Shown here: positions 16,450-25,880 of the stretch, piece after piece
Numbering within the stretch: position 1 is the first letter of the stretch
Layout: every line of letters starts with the position of its first letter
Assembly: GCA_018664975.1 (NCBI GenBank)
Contig: JABIXH010000253.1
Span: 1 to 41,809 of the forward strand
DNA length: 41,809 nt
Direction: 5' to 3'
DNA from: Nitrospina sp.
Lineage (GTDB): Bacteria > Nitrospinota > Nitrospinia > Nitrospinales > VA-1
Notes under the pieces: model-generated
What the model was told of the DNA's origin: nothing
Databases searched by the model: none
The model's input: the letters and a program-made list of their open reading frames with translations, nothing else
Program-made: the position numbers and the translations under genes

Positions 16450-18081
16450 CTAAACCGCTGAAGCAGTAAGTTGTTTTCTGAGACGGTTTCTCAAGTATAT
16501 GGCCGCCATGTTTAAAAGAATGATCATCAAAAGGAGCAATAAGGTCGTGGCAAAAACCATGGGCCGAGCCGCATCAACATTTGGCGATTGGAACCCGACA
16601 TCATAAATATGAAAACCCAGGTGCATAAATTTTCTTTCCAGATGCAGAAAAGGCCACAAACCATCAATAGGAAGAGAGGGCGCCAGTTTTACTACCCCGG
16701 TGATCATTAAAGGTGCAACCTCGCCAGCGGCTCTTGCCATAGCCAGGATGAGTCCTGTTAAAACGGAGGGCATGACGGCGGGCAGTACAACCCTCCAGGT
16801 AGTTTCAAACTTGGTGGCTCCTACAGCGAGAGAGGCTTCTCGGATTCCTTTTGGAACTGCGGCTAAACCTTCTTCGGTCGATACAATCACGACCGGAACG
16901 GTGAGTAAAGCCATGGTGAGTGATGCCCATAAAATCCCTCCGGTTCCGAAGGTTGGGGTTGGAAGTGACTCTGAAAAAAATATCTGATCAATAGAGCCTC
17001 CAATAAAATAAATGAAAAAACCAACTCCAAAAACTCCAATGACAATAGATGGAATGCCCGCCAGATTGTTAACGGCGATTCGTACAATGCTGACCAAGGT
17101 TCCTTGCTTGGCATATTCCCGCAAATAAAATGCGGCCAAAACACCTAAGGGAGTTGCCAAAAGGCTCATCATCAATACCATAAGAATAGTGCCGTAAATG
17201 GCAGGAAACACCCCTCCCTCTGTATTGGCTTCCCGAGGATCATCCCAGAAAAAATTATTAATTCCTTTCAGGAGGTATGCAATTTTATCCGGCAGGGAAA
17301 AAGCGTTGGGGTTGTTGATATCCAGCATTTGTGAAAGCGGAAGAGTTTTTTCTCGACCTTCTAGGGTTTGCAAAACAATTTTCGCGGTTTGCGCAGTGCG
17401 CAGTTGGTGGAGCTTGTTCTCCAGCATGTCATAATGAGATTGCAGGATGGGAACTTCACTTTTCAATGCTTCTACTTCTGCCCCTTGAGTGACACCTTTC
17501 AGGTTGAGTTTTCTCAGCTTTAAACGAACCCGTTCTAACTTGTAGTTGATGGCTCCAATTTCCTTTTTCTCAATTTTTTCAATATCTTTATTTTTTTTTG
17601 TGACACCCGGTAAAAGGTTCCGAGCAACCTTCAACCCTTCCACGGTACCTTTGGCAATGACTTGATCTCCATCCAGAACCTCCTTGATATATCCAAAGAA
17701 AACCCCCCATTCTCTTCGTGTTACAGCAACTACATCTTTTGGAGTTTGAGAAATTTTTATACTCTCTTCATCGATCCAGACGAAATCTGAATTATAAATA
17801 TCTCTATTGGCCTTTTTAATCTGTATTCGATATAGCTCAGGCTTCCCATTGGCTGGCCCAAAGTCTGGGATTACTTCCCGAGCCATTTGAATTCCCAATA
17901 CACGCGATCCATCTTTAAGGTCCAGGATTTTTAACTCCCCCGGCCAGAAAGAACCCATTGCATTGACAACAATAGCCATGAGGAGTGCGGCTGTCATGAT
18001 GAGAGAAAGCGCAAGCCCTGCTCCCGTCAACCAGATGAACAGGTCTCCTCGTTTCCAGACTTTTTTTCCTTTATCAAACAT
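16450..18081 (-). CDS. pstA: Phosphate ABC transporter permease PstA, long form with an extracytoplasmic insertion of about 240 aa
   Basis: The C-terminal half is a standard PstA permease core (EASLAVGATKFETTWRVVLP). Residues about 47-289, between TM1 and the core, include a coiled-coil-like stretch. Confidence 0.9.
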   Translation of the reverse strand: MFDKGKKVWKRGDLFIWLTGAGLALSLIMTAALLMAIVVNAMGSFWPGELKILDLKDGSRVLGIQMAREVIPDFGPANGKPELYRIQIKKANRDIYNSDFVWIDEESIKISQTPKDVVAVTRREWGVFFGYIKEVLDGDQVIAKGTVEGLKVARNLLPGVTKKNKDIEKIEKKEIGAINYKLERVRLKLRKLNLKGVTQGAEVEALKSEVPILQSHYDMLENKLHQLRTAQTAKIVLQTLEGREKTLPLSQMLDINNPNAFSLPDKIAYLLKGINNFFWDDPREANTEGGVFPAIYGTILMVLMMSLLATPLGVLAAFYLREYAKQGTLVSIVRIAVNNLAGIPSIVIGVFGVGFFIYFIGGSIDQIFFSESLPTPTFGTGGILWASLTMALLTVPVVIVSTEEGLAAVPKGIREASLAVGATKFETTWRVVLPAVMPSVLTGLILAMARAAGEVAPLMITGVVKLAPSLPIDGLWPFLHLERKFMHLGFHIYDVGFQSPNVDAARPMVFATTLLLLLMIILLNMAAIYLRNRLRKQLTASAV

Positions 18082-18087
18082 TTAACC

Positions 18088-20343
18088 TCATAGGCCTTGA
18101 TAGCGTTTGCGTAATCTCAGACGAACCAGTTCCGCCAGAGTGTTAACAAAAAATGTCATGGTAAATAACAGGAATGCCGCAAGAAAAAGAATACGAAACA
18201 GAGTTCCTCCCTCAGGAGCTTCCGGGAGTTCTACGGCAATATTTGCGGACAAGGCGCGAAAACCATTAAATATGCTCCACTCCATAACTGGGGTGTTTCC
18301 TGTCGCCATGAGCACAATCATGGTTTCACCAATGGCTCGTCCGAACCCGATCATGATCGCAGAAAAAATTCCTGGACTGGCAGTTGGCAGAATCACATTG
18401 AGAGCGGTCTGCCAGGGTGTCGCTCCTAAAGCGAGTGAAGAAGCCTTAAGATGTTCCGGGACATTGGATAGTGAATCCTCGGCTATTGTGAATATGATAG
18501 GAATGACTGCAAACCCCATAGCCAAACCGACAACCAACGCGTTTCTCTGGTCATAGGTAACATCAAATACCTGCTTCAGCCAAACTCGGTGGTCCCCTAA
18601 AAGGACGGAGGATTCTATCAAGGTCCCTGCGTAAAATGACAAGACCCCTCCAAGAAAAGTAATGACGATCAATAAATAAATCTCCCTGCCACCTTTAGCC
18701 ATAAACTGTAAAGCGGGAAATTTTTCATAAGCCAGTAAAGTTGTAACTATCATGATAGTTACAATTATCGGCATGATCATGATTCCTGGGAGAAATGTCT
18801 CTACCTGTGGGGCAATCACCAGAGCCGCAAAAAATCCAAGTACCACACTGGGAAGTGCGGCCATGGTTTCTATTGTTGGTTTAATTATTCTTTTCAAATC
18901 AGGCTGCATGAATTGGGATACGTAAAAGGAAGCGAACAGAGCTAGAGGAACAGCAAAACACATGGCATAGAGTGTTCCTTTTAATGTCCCAAACATTAGT
19001 GGCACAAGGCTGAATTTAGATTCGAATTCATCCGTTCCACCCGTGGATTGCCAAACATAAGTGGGTTCTTCATATCCCTCATACCAGATTTCACCGAATA
19101 ACCCTTCCAGTGAAATTTGCGGGTAGGGATTCTCCATTTTCCAGAGATACAATATCCCTTGAGTATCGGCTGTCAATATTCCATCAAACTTGGGGGCTAT
19201 AATCGCTGTTTTGTAAGCGGTTTTTTCCTCTGCGGGGAGTTGAATCTGGGTTTCCCCTGTTGTCCCATAATGCAAACGAATCATTTCATTAGATCCAGTC
19301 AGAAACCCTTTATTGCGAAGAGAAAAACTGAAAAATTTTGCCGGAGTTTTATGTGACGAAAAGTTATATATTTTCTTTAGAGAAAATATTTTAGTTTCAG
19401 ATTTTGCCAATTGAAAGGAACTTACCCTCCCATCTGATTCTGTTACTATCAAAGTGTAGCCACCGAGGGTAAAACCTAAATGTTCCACAGCTATTCCGGG
19501 ATTGCTGGTTGCTCCGATCAATTGGGCCGAGTTTTGAGTGTTTTCCAGGTCAGCCCGAAAGATCTGGCCAAATGAAGTTCCTATTAAAAGACTGTTATAA
19601 GCTTCATCAAAAATCATTGATGTGATTTTGCCTTCTACCGGAACAGTAATCGATTCTTGTGATTGGGTTCGTCGAATCGTCCCCATCATGGTTTTACGTA
19701 AACGTACTTTAATGAGAGAGACCTGACCTGGCCCAGACTGGGCGGCAATCTGATATCCTTGCTCATTTTTAATATGGGTCAATAAAGTAACGGGCGAACC
19801 ATCGGGACGAACCTGAACCGGAGATTCAGCGCTTAGATGTGGTTCAATAGAACGTTGACTATCAGAATTATAAACCGGGCGAAACTCAATGTTTATGGGA
19901 TAAACCCTGCCATCGGAAAGACCCAATACCGGAAAATTTTTTAAAGAAGGGGATACACCTGTAACGTGCGCTGATCCCCATTCAGGTAATTCTGGTTTGG
20001 ACTCAAATTTTTTATCGCTTAATGAATAAAAACGTACGCCATCTGCTTCCACTGTGTAACCCTTATCCTGATAAGGATCTAAACCAATTGCCAGTGGAAC
20101 GCTCTGTGCTTTGAATTTTGAAACCAGGGAAATAGATGGTTTTTTAAATAGAGGATAAATTTCTGAGATAATTACAAAAAGGATAGCGAAAATGGATGCG
20201 ATGATGATCCAACCGCCGGCTGTGACAACATTACGGGCTATACCATCTGCAAATTGCCGTTGGAGTAAACTTTTGCCGAAAAAAGCCCGGCCGGGTCTTG
20301 AAGAACCTTGGCCGGGCAGAATAGATTTTGCTTTATCGTCCAT
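18088..20343 (-). CDS. pstC: Phosphate ABC transporter permease PstC, very long form (751 aa) with an extracytoplasmic domain of about 380 aa
   Basis: The C-terminal 300 aa or so form a PstC permease core (EDSLSNVPEHLKASSLALGATPWQT). Residues about 67-444 lie between TM1 and TM2. Confidence 0.85.
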   Translation of the reverse strand: MDDKAKSILPGQGSSRPGRAFFGKSLLQRQFADGIARNVVTAGGWIIIASIFAILFVIISEIYPLFKKPSISLVSKFKAQSVPLAIGLDPYQDKGYTVEADGVRFYSLSDKKFESKPELPEWGSAHVTGVSPSLKNFPVLGLSDGRVYPINIEFRPVYNSDSQRSIEPHLSAESPVQVRPDGSPVTLLTHIKNEQGYQIAAQSGPGQVSLIKVRLRKTMMGTIRRTQSQESITVPVEGKITSMIFDEAYNSLLIGTSFGQIFRADLENTQNSAQLIGATSNPGIAVEHLGFTLGGYTLIVTESDGRVSSFQLAKSETKIFSLKKIYNFSSHKTPAKFFSFSLRNKGFLTGSNEMIRLHYGTTGETQIQLPAEEKTAYKTAIIAPKFDGILTADTQGILYLWKMENPYPQISLEGLFGEIWYEGYEEPTYVWQSTGGTDEFESKFSLVPLMFGTLKGTLYAMCFAVPLALFASFYVSQFMQPDLKRIIKPTIETMAALPSVVLGFFAALVIAPQVETFLPGIMIMPIIVTIMIVTTLLAYEKFPALQFMAKGGREIYLLIVITFLGGVLSFYAGTLIESSVLLGDHRVWLKQVFDVTYDQRNALVVGLAMGFAVIPIIFTIAEDSLSNVPEHLKASSLALGATPWQTALNVILPTASPGIFSAIMIGFGRAIGETMIVLMATGNTPVMEWSIFNGFRALSANIAVELPEAPEGGTLFRILFLAAFLLFTMTFFVNTLAELVRLRLRKRYQGL

Positions 20344-20347
20344 TTAA

Positions 20348-21322
20348 TTAATTGGTCATGACTGCTGAGATTTTTTGTAAATCCGCATCGGTCACAGCCT
20401 TGGCAATCGGAAAGTAACCGCCCTTAACCACCACTTGCTGGCCTTCTTTGGAAAGGATCATTTTGACAAACTCCTGAGTCAACGGATCAAGAGATTTACC
20501 GGGAGCCTTGTTGACATAGATGTATAGAAATCGAGCCAGAGGATAATCGCCGGTGAGGGCATTCTCTGCTGAGGGTTCAACAAAGCTAGAGCCACTTTGT
20601 GCCAATGGCAGAGCGCGTACGCTGGCAGTTTTATAACCGATACCACTGTATCCCGCTGAGAAGGGATCAACACTTACACTCTGAACTACCGAAGCAGAGC
20701 CAGGCTGTTCTTTCACTTCATCTTTGTAGTCGCCTTTTTTCATGACCAGCTTTTTGAAAAAGCCATAAGTACCGGAAGCTGAATTCCTTCCATAGACACT
20801 AATGGGCCTGTCTGCCCAGTTCCCCGTAACCCCCAGGTCGCCCCAGGTTTCTACAGCTTTGTGGCCTCTTCTGCGACTTTTGGAAAAAAGAGCATCCACT
20901 TGTTCCATATTTAATCCCTGAATCGGATTGTCCTTGTTGACGAAAACCGCAAGGGCATCGACTGCAACACGAACCGGGGTGGGTTTGTAGCCGAACTTGG
21001 ATTCAAAAGCATCCAGTTCTTTTTGCTTCATCGCGCGAGACATGGGACCCAATTGCGCGGTTGCTGAAATTAAGGCTGGCGGGGCAGTTGAGGAACCCTT
21101 GCCCTCCACCTGAATATTAACGTTTGGATAAAATTGCTTAAACTTTTCACTCCACAATGTCATCAGGTTATTCAAAGTATCTGATCCCACACTGGAAAGA
21201 TTTCCACTGACTCCGCCCTGCTTACTGTAGTCGGTGAGTTGAGGGTCCACCTGAACCGGTCCTCCAAAAGCGTTATTAGTCCAGACCAAAACCAGTAAAA
21301 TTATTCCTATTTTTTTGTACAT
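20348..21322 (-). CDS. pstS: Periplasmic phosphate-binding protein
   Basis: [18 protein letters not shown] and [10 protein letters not shown] phosphate-binding blocks. The track start 21355 is probably an over-extension. ATG 21322 has SD AAGGAG (21329-21334) 6 nt upstream and yields the signal peptide [20 protein letters not shown]. Confidence 0.9.
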   Translation of the reverse strand: MYKKIGIILLVLVWTNNAFGGPVQVDPQLTDYSKQGGVSGNLSSVGSDTLNNLMTLWSEKFKQFYPNVNIQVEGKGSSTAPPALISATAQLGPMSRAMKQKELDAFESKFGYKPTPVRVAVDALAVFVNKDNPIQGLNMEQVDALFSKSRRRGHKAVETWGDLGVTGNWADRPISVYGRNSASGTYGFFKKLVMKKGDYKDEVKEQPGSASVVQSVSVDPFSAGYSGIGYKTASVRALPLAQSGSSFVEPSAENALTGDYPLARFLYIYVNKAPGKSLDPLTQEFVKMILSKEGQQVVVKGGYFPIAKAVTDADLQKISAVMTN

Positions 21323-21400
21323 TGCCTGCTCCTTAAAAGATTGCTGTTGATTCATAGCAACAATCTAAACATTTATTATTAGATTTATAACTGCTCAGTA

Positions 21401-21417
21401 TTAGGATTGTGTTAGGA
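21401..21417 (-). promoter_or_regulatory. Candidate Pho box upstream of pstS (two 11-bp-phased hexamers)
   Basis: TTAGGAttgtgTTAGGA on the + strand (TCCTAA in gene orientation). Exactly 11 nt separate it from a -10-like TATAAA (complement of 21384-21389). It lies about 80 nt upstream of the pstS ATG. Confidence 0.4.
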
Positions 21418-21440
21418 GTGGAAAATTAAGAAAAGGAGTG

Positions 21441-21490
21441 AGAAGAAAAAAAACCGTTGACCTGACTTTAAAGCCAGACCAACGGTTTTT
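21441..21490 (-). terminator. Rho-independent terminator after the porin gene
   Basis: AACCGTTG (21452-21459) pairs with CAACGGTT (21480-21487), with further partial pairing inside. On the - strand the hairpin is followed by TTTTTTTTCTTCT. Confidence 0.55.
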
Positions 21491-21536
21491 TATAGACTCA
21501 ATCTTGGAGGAGGTTGAATGCTAAAACAATGACTTA

Positions 21537-22697
21537 TTAGAATTTGAATTTCAAATCTGCCTGGAACGTCTGGTTGTTTCTGTCTGCTCCCTGTTCCTCT
21601 CTTGTATCAAAGTAGGTGAGTGAAACCTTTACACCTTTTGCCAGACCGAATCCACCACCGAATTCAAAACCTCTGGCGTTGCTTCGTCCACCATGGAAAT
21701 CTGAGTCAGAAATAGAGTCCAAAACGGATGCCGCCTGAACGACCCTGTAAATCACTTTCAAGTCGTAATCTCCGAACTTTTTACCGGACTTGCCATATTT
21801 AGCCCCCACCTGCCAAGCCGTATCCTGATCCTGGTTTGCCTCTGTGAGTTTGCCGACATTTTGAGTATATTCGCCAAAAAGTTTAAGCTTGTTGCCAGCG
21901 ATTTTTTCAGACCATTCCGTCATAATGTCTAACATTTTGACTTCATCAGTAGTGTCGAGAAAGCCTCCGTTACCGGAAAAATCCGAATTTGGATCCTCCG
22001 CGTTTGTGACATCATAATAAGCGACTGCTATTTTGAATTTACCTATATCTGTTTTCTGAGTGATGACCCCCTGATAACCTAAGATCAGGATATCGTCCCC
22101 CGGGTTCAATTCATCGTACATAAACTGACCAAAATTGGCATCCAGCACTGTATTGCCGAACTTTTGGGAGAACTGCTCGCTGATTCCCTCTGGCGTAACA
22201 TCACTATCCCAAATGATTTCAGATTTCATGAAGGGAGGTTTGAATTTCCCACCATGCAGAGTGGTTTTCCATCCGGCAAGGTTGGGAGTATATTTAAAAT
22301 ATGCCAAATCCAGATCAAAAGCCCTATGGGTAAAACCTCCATCCAGTGTCTGGTTGCCAGAGTCCCTGCTGGTTAATCCGGCAGTTGACATGCGAAATCC
22401 GATATCCAGATTCTTAAACATATGTATTTGAGCCCCTACACGTAAACGGATGCGGGCTCGATCTCGCTCATCAAGTACACCACTTTGCTCGGTGCTTTCA
22501 GACTGCCAGCGGGTTCTCAAATCTCCGTACCAGGAGAAACGTTGTAGAATTTCAAGAATCCTGGCATTCGCCTCTTGCTTTTCCTCCAATGCCTGAAGCC
22601 TTAATTCTTGTTCAGACATTTCTGCCAAGGCTATCGTTGGCATAGTCCAGATCAATAAAATAACCCATACACTGGTAAAAAAACTATGTTTTAACAC
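21537..22697 (-). CDS. Outer-membrane beta-barrel porin, probably Pho-regulated
   Basis: Signal peptide, an N-terminal coiled-coil (SEQELRLQALEEKQEANARILEIL) and alternating beta-strand pattern. The C-terminus DLKFKF ends in the OMP-type terminal Phe. The track TTG start 22715 contains the SD itself. GTG 22697 has AAGGAGGAG (22704-22712) 6 nt upstream. Confidence 0.75.
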   Translation of the reverse strand: MLKHSFFTSVWVILLIWTMPTIALAEMSEQELRLQALEEKQEANARILEILQRFSWYGDLRTRWQSESTEQSGVLDERDRARIRLRVGAQIHMFKNLDIGFRMSTAGLTSRDSGNQTLDGGFTHRAFDLDLAYFKYTPNLAGWKTTLHGGKFKPPFMKSEIIWDSDVTPEGISEQFSQKFGNTVLDANFGQFMYDELNPGDDILILGYQGVITQKTDIGKFKIAVAYYDVTNAEDPNSDFSGNGGFLDTTDEVKMLDIMTEWSEKIAGNKLKLFGEYTQNVGKLTEANQDQDTAWQVGAKYGKSGKKFGDYDLKVIYRVVQAASVLDSISDSDFHGGRSNARGFEFGGGFGLAKGVKVSLTYFDTREEQGADRNNQTFQADLKFKF

Positions 22698-22762
22698 TGT
22701 AATCTCCTCCTTCAAAAATCAATAATTTTGACAATTTCATGAGGAATAATACAAATATCAAA

Positions 22763-22790
22763 TTAGGAAATTGTTAGGACTGGATTAGGG
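22763..22790 (-). promoter_or_regulatory. Candidate Pho box upstream of the porin gene (three 11-bp-phased hexamers)
   Basis: TTAGGAaattgTTAGGActggaTTAGGG. Exactly 11 nt separate it from a -10-like TATTAT (complement of 22746-22751). This is the same geometry as at pstS. Confidence 0.45.
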
Positions 22791-22852
22791 TTTTAAAGGT
22801 CGGGGGGGGATATAAAAATTATTCTATTGATATACGTAGATTTTTGCTGAGC

Positions 22853-24628
22853 TTAACGGATTGGAAGGTGGATGGAAAATTGGCTTCCTTTTCCGAGCCT
22901 GCTTTGTGCTGAAACCTTACCGCCATGTGCTTGGGCGATATGCTTGACGATGGCAAGACCCAGACCTGTCCCACCCAGTTTTCTACTGCGGGCTTCATCG
23001 ACTCGGTAAAACCTTTCGAACAATCTGGGCAAATGCGCGGAATCGATTCCACATCCATGGTCCATGACTTCGATTATTACTTCTGTTTTATTTTTGGATA
23101 CTTTAATTTCGATCTGTTTGTCAGGGCCACTGTATTTGAGCGCATTGTCCACAAGGTTTATCACTGCTTGACTCATAAGGGGAGGGTTTACGGGAGCCAA
23201 TAAATCTTCATCGCAAATGAGGTGAATGGAGGCGCTATTGTCGGAGGCTTTCCACTCACAATCCCTTATTACAGATTCCAGCAGATTCTTTAGCCCAGTA
23301 TTTTCGAAGGCCATTTCCGAGTTTTCCGAATTTTGCTCAAGGCGGGAAAGGGTAAGAAGGTCTTCGATGATTGCGTTCAATCGATCCACTTGCTTAGCCA
23401 TAATCTGCAAAAATCGTTCGGCCTCTTCCTTATTTTGCAAGGCCCCCTGCTGAAGAGTTTCAACAAACCCCTTGATTAAAGTAATGGGAGTTTTTAGTTC
23501 GTGGGAAACGTTGGCGACAAAATCCCTGCGAACCGTTTCCAATCGGCGAATTCGTGTGATGTCATTGAGCACAATGACAGCACCCACTGCTTCCCCTAGG
23601 CTATCGTGTAAAACTGCGCCATGCGCTTGAAGATATTTCTCATTTTCATTTCCTATTGCAAGATCTGTTTCTGCGTTTTCTCTGCCTTGGAGGGTTTGCT
23701 GAACAAATTTTAGGAGTGTTGGATTCCTAACGACCTCCTGAACGGATCTGCCTTCGGCCTGCTTAGGATCGACTCCAATTAATTTGGCGGCCGCATGATT
23801 CATGCTGATCAACTTTTCCTCGGCGTCAACTGCCAACACACCCTCTACCATACTTGAAAGCACTGCCTCTCTTTCGTTCCGTTGAGCGGTGATGGTATGA
23901 ATTCGTTTGTCGAGTTGTGTCACCATCTGATTTAACGCATCGGCAAGTGCAGAAATTTCAAGGGAATCGCTTTGCACAGATATTTCATCGCTCCAATCAC
24001 CTTTTGAAATGGATTCAGCGGCGGATTTCATTTTTTCAATAGGTCGACTGATTCTTCGTGAAACCATTAAACTAATGCCAGCTACTAACAAGCTAACTAA
24101 CAGGCTGGCACTGGCTATCTTAACTTCAATAGACCTCAATGCGTGGTCGATGAAGGTGACGGGAATGGAGGTCCGCACAACTCCTTTTATTGAATTCTCG
24201 TAAATTAAAGGGACAGCGATATACATCATTCGCTCTTCTAAAGTGTTGCTAAACCTAATTGAGGTACCAAATTCCCCTTTCATTGCAAAAATAAATTCGG
24301 GGCGATCGGAGTGATTATTCATTCGTGAAGGGTCTTCGTGAGAATCTCCCAGCACTTTACCCGATAGATCTATTATTGTGATCCGGGTGTCAGTTTTATT
24401 ACCTAATTCGTGACTCAGTTTATTTAGGAGATCAGATTCCAGGGAAGGTGAAGTTTTTAATACCTGATGTTCAACCAACCAGGCCCGATTTTTTAAATCC
24501 TCTGCGGTCCTGTCGTAATAGAAATCCCTCAATGAGTTCACAGAAAACCAACCCACTGCCAAGATGGCTGTAAGGGTGATGAGTAGATAGGTTGGAAAAA
24601 GTTGCCAGAGAATTCTTTTTTTTACCAT
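22853..24628 (-). CDS. phoR: Phosphate-regulon sensor histidine kinase
   Basis: Two TM segments flank a periplasmic domain of about 150 aa, followed by HAMP, PAS, H-box FVANVSHELKTPIT and N/G boxes (NALKYS; [10 protein letters not shown]). It is paired with the phoB-like regulator. Confidence 0.85.
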   Translation of the reverse strand: MVKKRILWQLFPTYLLITLTAILAVGWFSVNSLRDFYYDRTAEDLKNRAWLVEHQVLKTSPSLESDLLNKLSHELGNKTDTRITIIDLSGKVLGDSHEDPSRMNNHSDRPEFIFAMKGEFGTSIRFSNTLEERMMYIAVPLIYENSIKGVVRTSIPVTFIDHALRSIEVKIASASLLVSLLVAGISLMVSRRISRPIEKMKSAAESISKGDWSDEISVQSDSLEISALADALNQMVTQLDKRIHTITAQRNEREAVLSSMVEGVLAVDAEEKLISMNHAAAKLIGVDPKQAEGRSVQEVVRNPTLLKFVQQTLQGRENAETDLAIGNENEKYLQAHGAVLHDSLGEAVGAVIVLNDITRIRRLETVRRDFVANVSHELKTPITLIKGFVETLQQGALQNKEEAERFLQIMAKQVDRLNAIIEDLLTLSRLEQNSENSEMAFENTGLKNLLESVIRDCEWKASDNSASIHLICDEDLLAPVNPPLMSQAVINLVDNALKYSGPDKQIEIKVSKNKTEVIIEVMDHGCGIDSAHLPRLFERFYRVDEARSRKLGGTGLGLAIVKHIAQAHGGKVSAQSRLGKGSQFSIHLPIR

Positions 24629-24720
24629 AGCTTTTGATTTGCGAACTTAACCTGTATTTTCTCACCTGTAAAATAGGGGGAATGAAACAACTAAAAACCT
24701 GTTCAGAATTTAACCCGGTT

Positions 24721-25410
24721 TTAAATTTCTGCGAATCGATAACCAACACCACGCACGGTCTCGATATATTTTGAGACTTTGCCTAATTTTTTACGCAAAC
24801 CTACAATTTGAAAATCTATAGCTCTATCGGTAATTGCGTACCCGTTACCTCGAACCGTATCGACAATTTGACCACGGGTAAATACCCAACCGGGCTTGTC
24901 TGCAAGAAACTCTAAAATTTTAAACTCAGTAAGTGTTAATTTTATCAGCTTTCCTTTTACATAGACTTCATGTTTTCCCAAGTGAATTTCCAGGTCTGGA
25001 AATACGATTGATGTGGATTCAGATGAAGTGCTCTGCTGTTTTCTCCTGAGGACAGCTTTCACTCTACTTAGAAAAATTTTAACACTGAAAGGTTTGGTGA
25101 TGTAGTCATCTGCTCCCAATTCCAACCCAACAACAATATCAGACTCTTCTCCCTTAGCTGTCATCATTATTATAGGAATTTGATTGGTATTCGAATCGTT
25201 TTTTAATTGTCGACAAACTTCTAACCCATTCATTCCCGGAAGCATCAAATCGAGCACCAGCAAATCAGGTAATTCTTTTTTAGCTTGCTGTAATCCCAAT
25301 TCTCCAGATCCTACGCAATGGACCTGATAATTTTCTTTGGTTAAGTTGTATTTGACCAGTTCCTGAATACCTTCTTCGTCTTCGACAACAAGAATTTGTT
25401 TTTGGGTCAT
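24721..25410 (-). CDS. phoB: OmpR-family response regulator PhoB
   Basis: Receiver domain (ILVVEDEE...DLLVLDLMLPGMNG), winged-helix C-terminus (LTLTEFKILEFL...VETVRGVGYRF). It lies upstream of phoR and the pst operon. Confidence 0.9.
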   Translation of the reverse strand: MTQKQILVVEDEEGIQELVKYNLTKENYQVHCVGSGELGLQQAKKELPDLLVLDLMLPGMNGLEVCRQLKNDSNTNQIPIIMMTAKGEESDIVVGLELGADDYITKPFSVKIFLSRVKAVLRRKQQSTSSESTSIVFPDLEIHLGKHEVYVKGKLIKLTLTEFKILEFLADKPGWVFTRGQIVDTVRGNGYAITDRAIDFQIVGLRKKLGKVSKYIETVRGVGYRFAEI

Positions 25411-25473
25411 GCTGAATCAATCCTAGTTTGTTTTAATTTATTCAATATTAAAAAAATTATATTCTTAGTTTAA

Positions 25474-25500
25474 TTCAGATGCGTTAGATTTTGGTTAGCT
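25474..25500 (-). promoter_or_regulatory. Weaker candidate Pho box upstream of phoB
   Basis: TTCAGA (25474), TTAGAT (25484) and TTAGCT (25495) are spaced 10 and 11 bp apart. They lie 12 nt from a perfect -10 TATAAT (complement of 25456-25461). Confidence 0.3.
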
Positions 25501-25880
25501 TTTCAAATATTAGCCCAACCCATTAAAAAGTTGAAATATAAGGGCGGATGGAGGTGGCTGGAGGGAGGATAGAAAAGATATGATGCTATTCAATTCGATA
25601 TCAAAACAGGAAAACCTGTTTTAATTTCTGACAAAGTTATTTCAGGGGACCAGCGCTTTTATCAGTAGTTTAATGGCCTGAGAGTTAAAACGAATGCTCC
25701 GCATATCAACGTAATCTCTTTGAGCAAACCGTTGCCCTTTGGCAAGTTAATGCAGGAGCAGAATACAACAATTTAGTCAAAATTAATATAAAGCTACCTT
25801 TTACCAAAAGCTTTAAAGTTGGACGACGGTTGGCCTATTTCCAATATAAATGTTATCGCAATTACTTTTGAGGCTTTTGC

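Noticed and set aside
18107-18556. 149-aa + strand ORF.
   Set aside because: It is antisense to the conserved permease core of pstC.
21379-21384. TTAGAT hexamer in 22-bp phase with the pstS TTAGGA repeats.
   Set aside because: It overlaps and lies downstream of the proposed -10 element, so it is unlikely to be part of the activator site. The intervening phased position (21390) does not match.
25580-25624. 14-codon ORF (MMLFNSISKQENLF) downstream of a GGAGG-rich stretch and ending in the 25603-25622 hairpin.
   Set aside because: It is too short and has no supporting evidence. It could be a leader peptide, but nothing in the sequence demands that.
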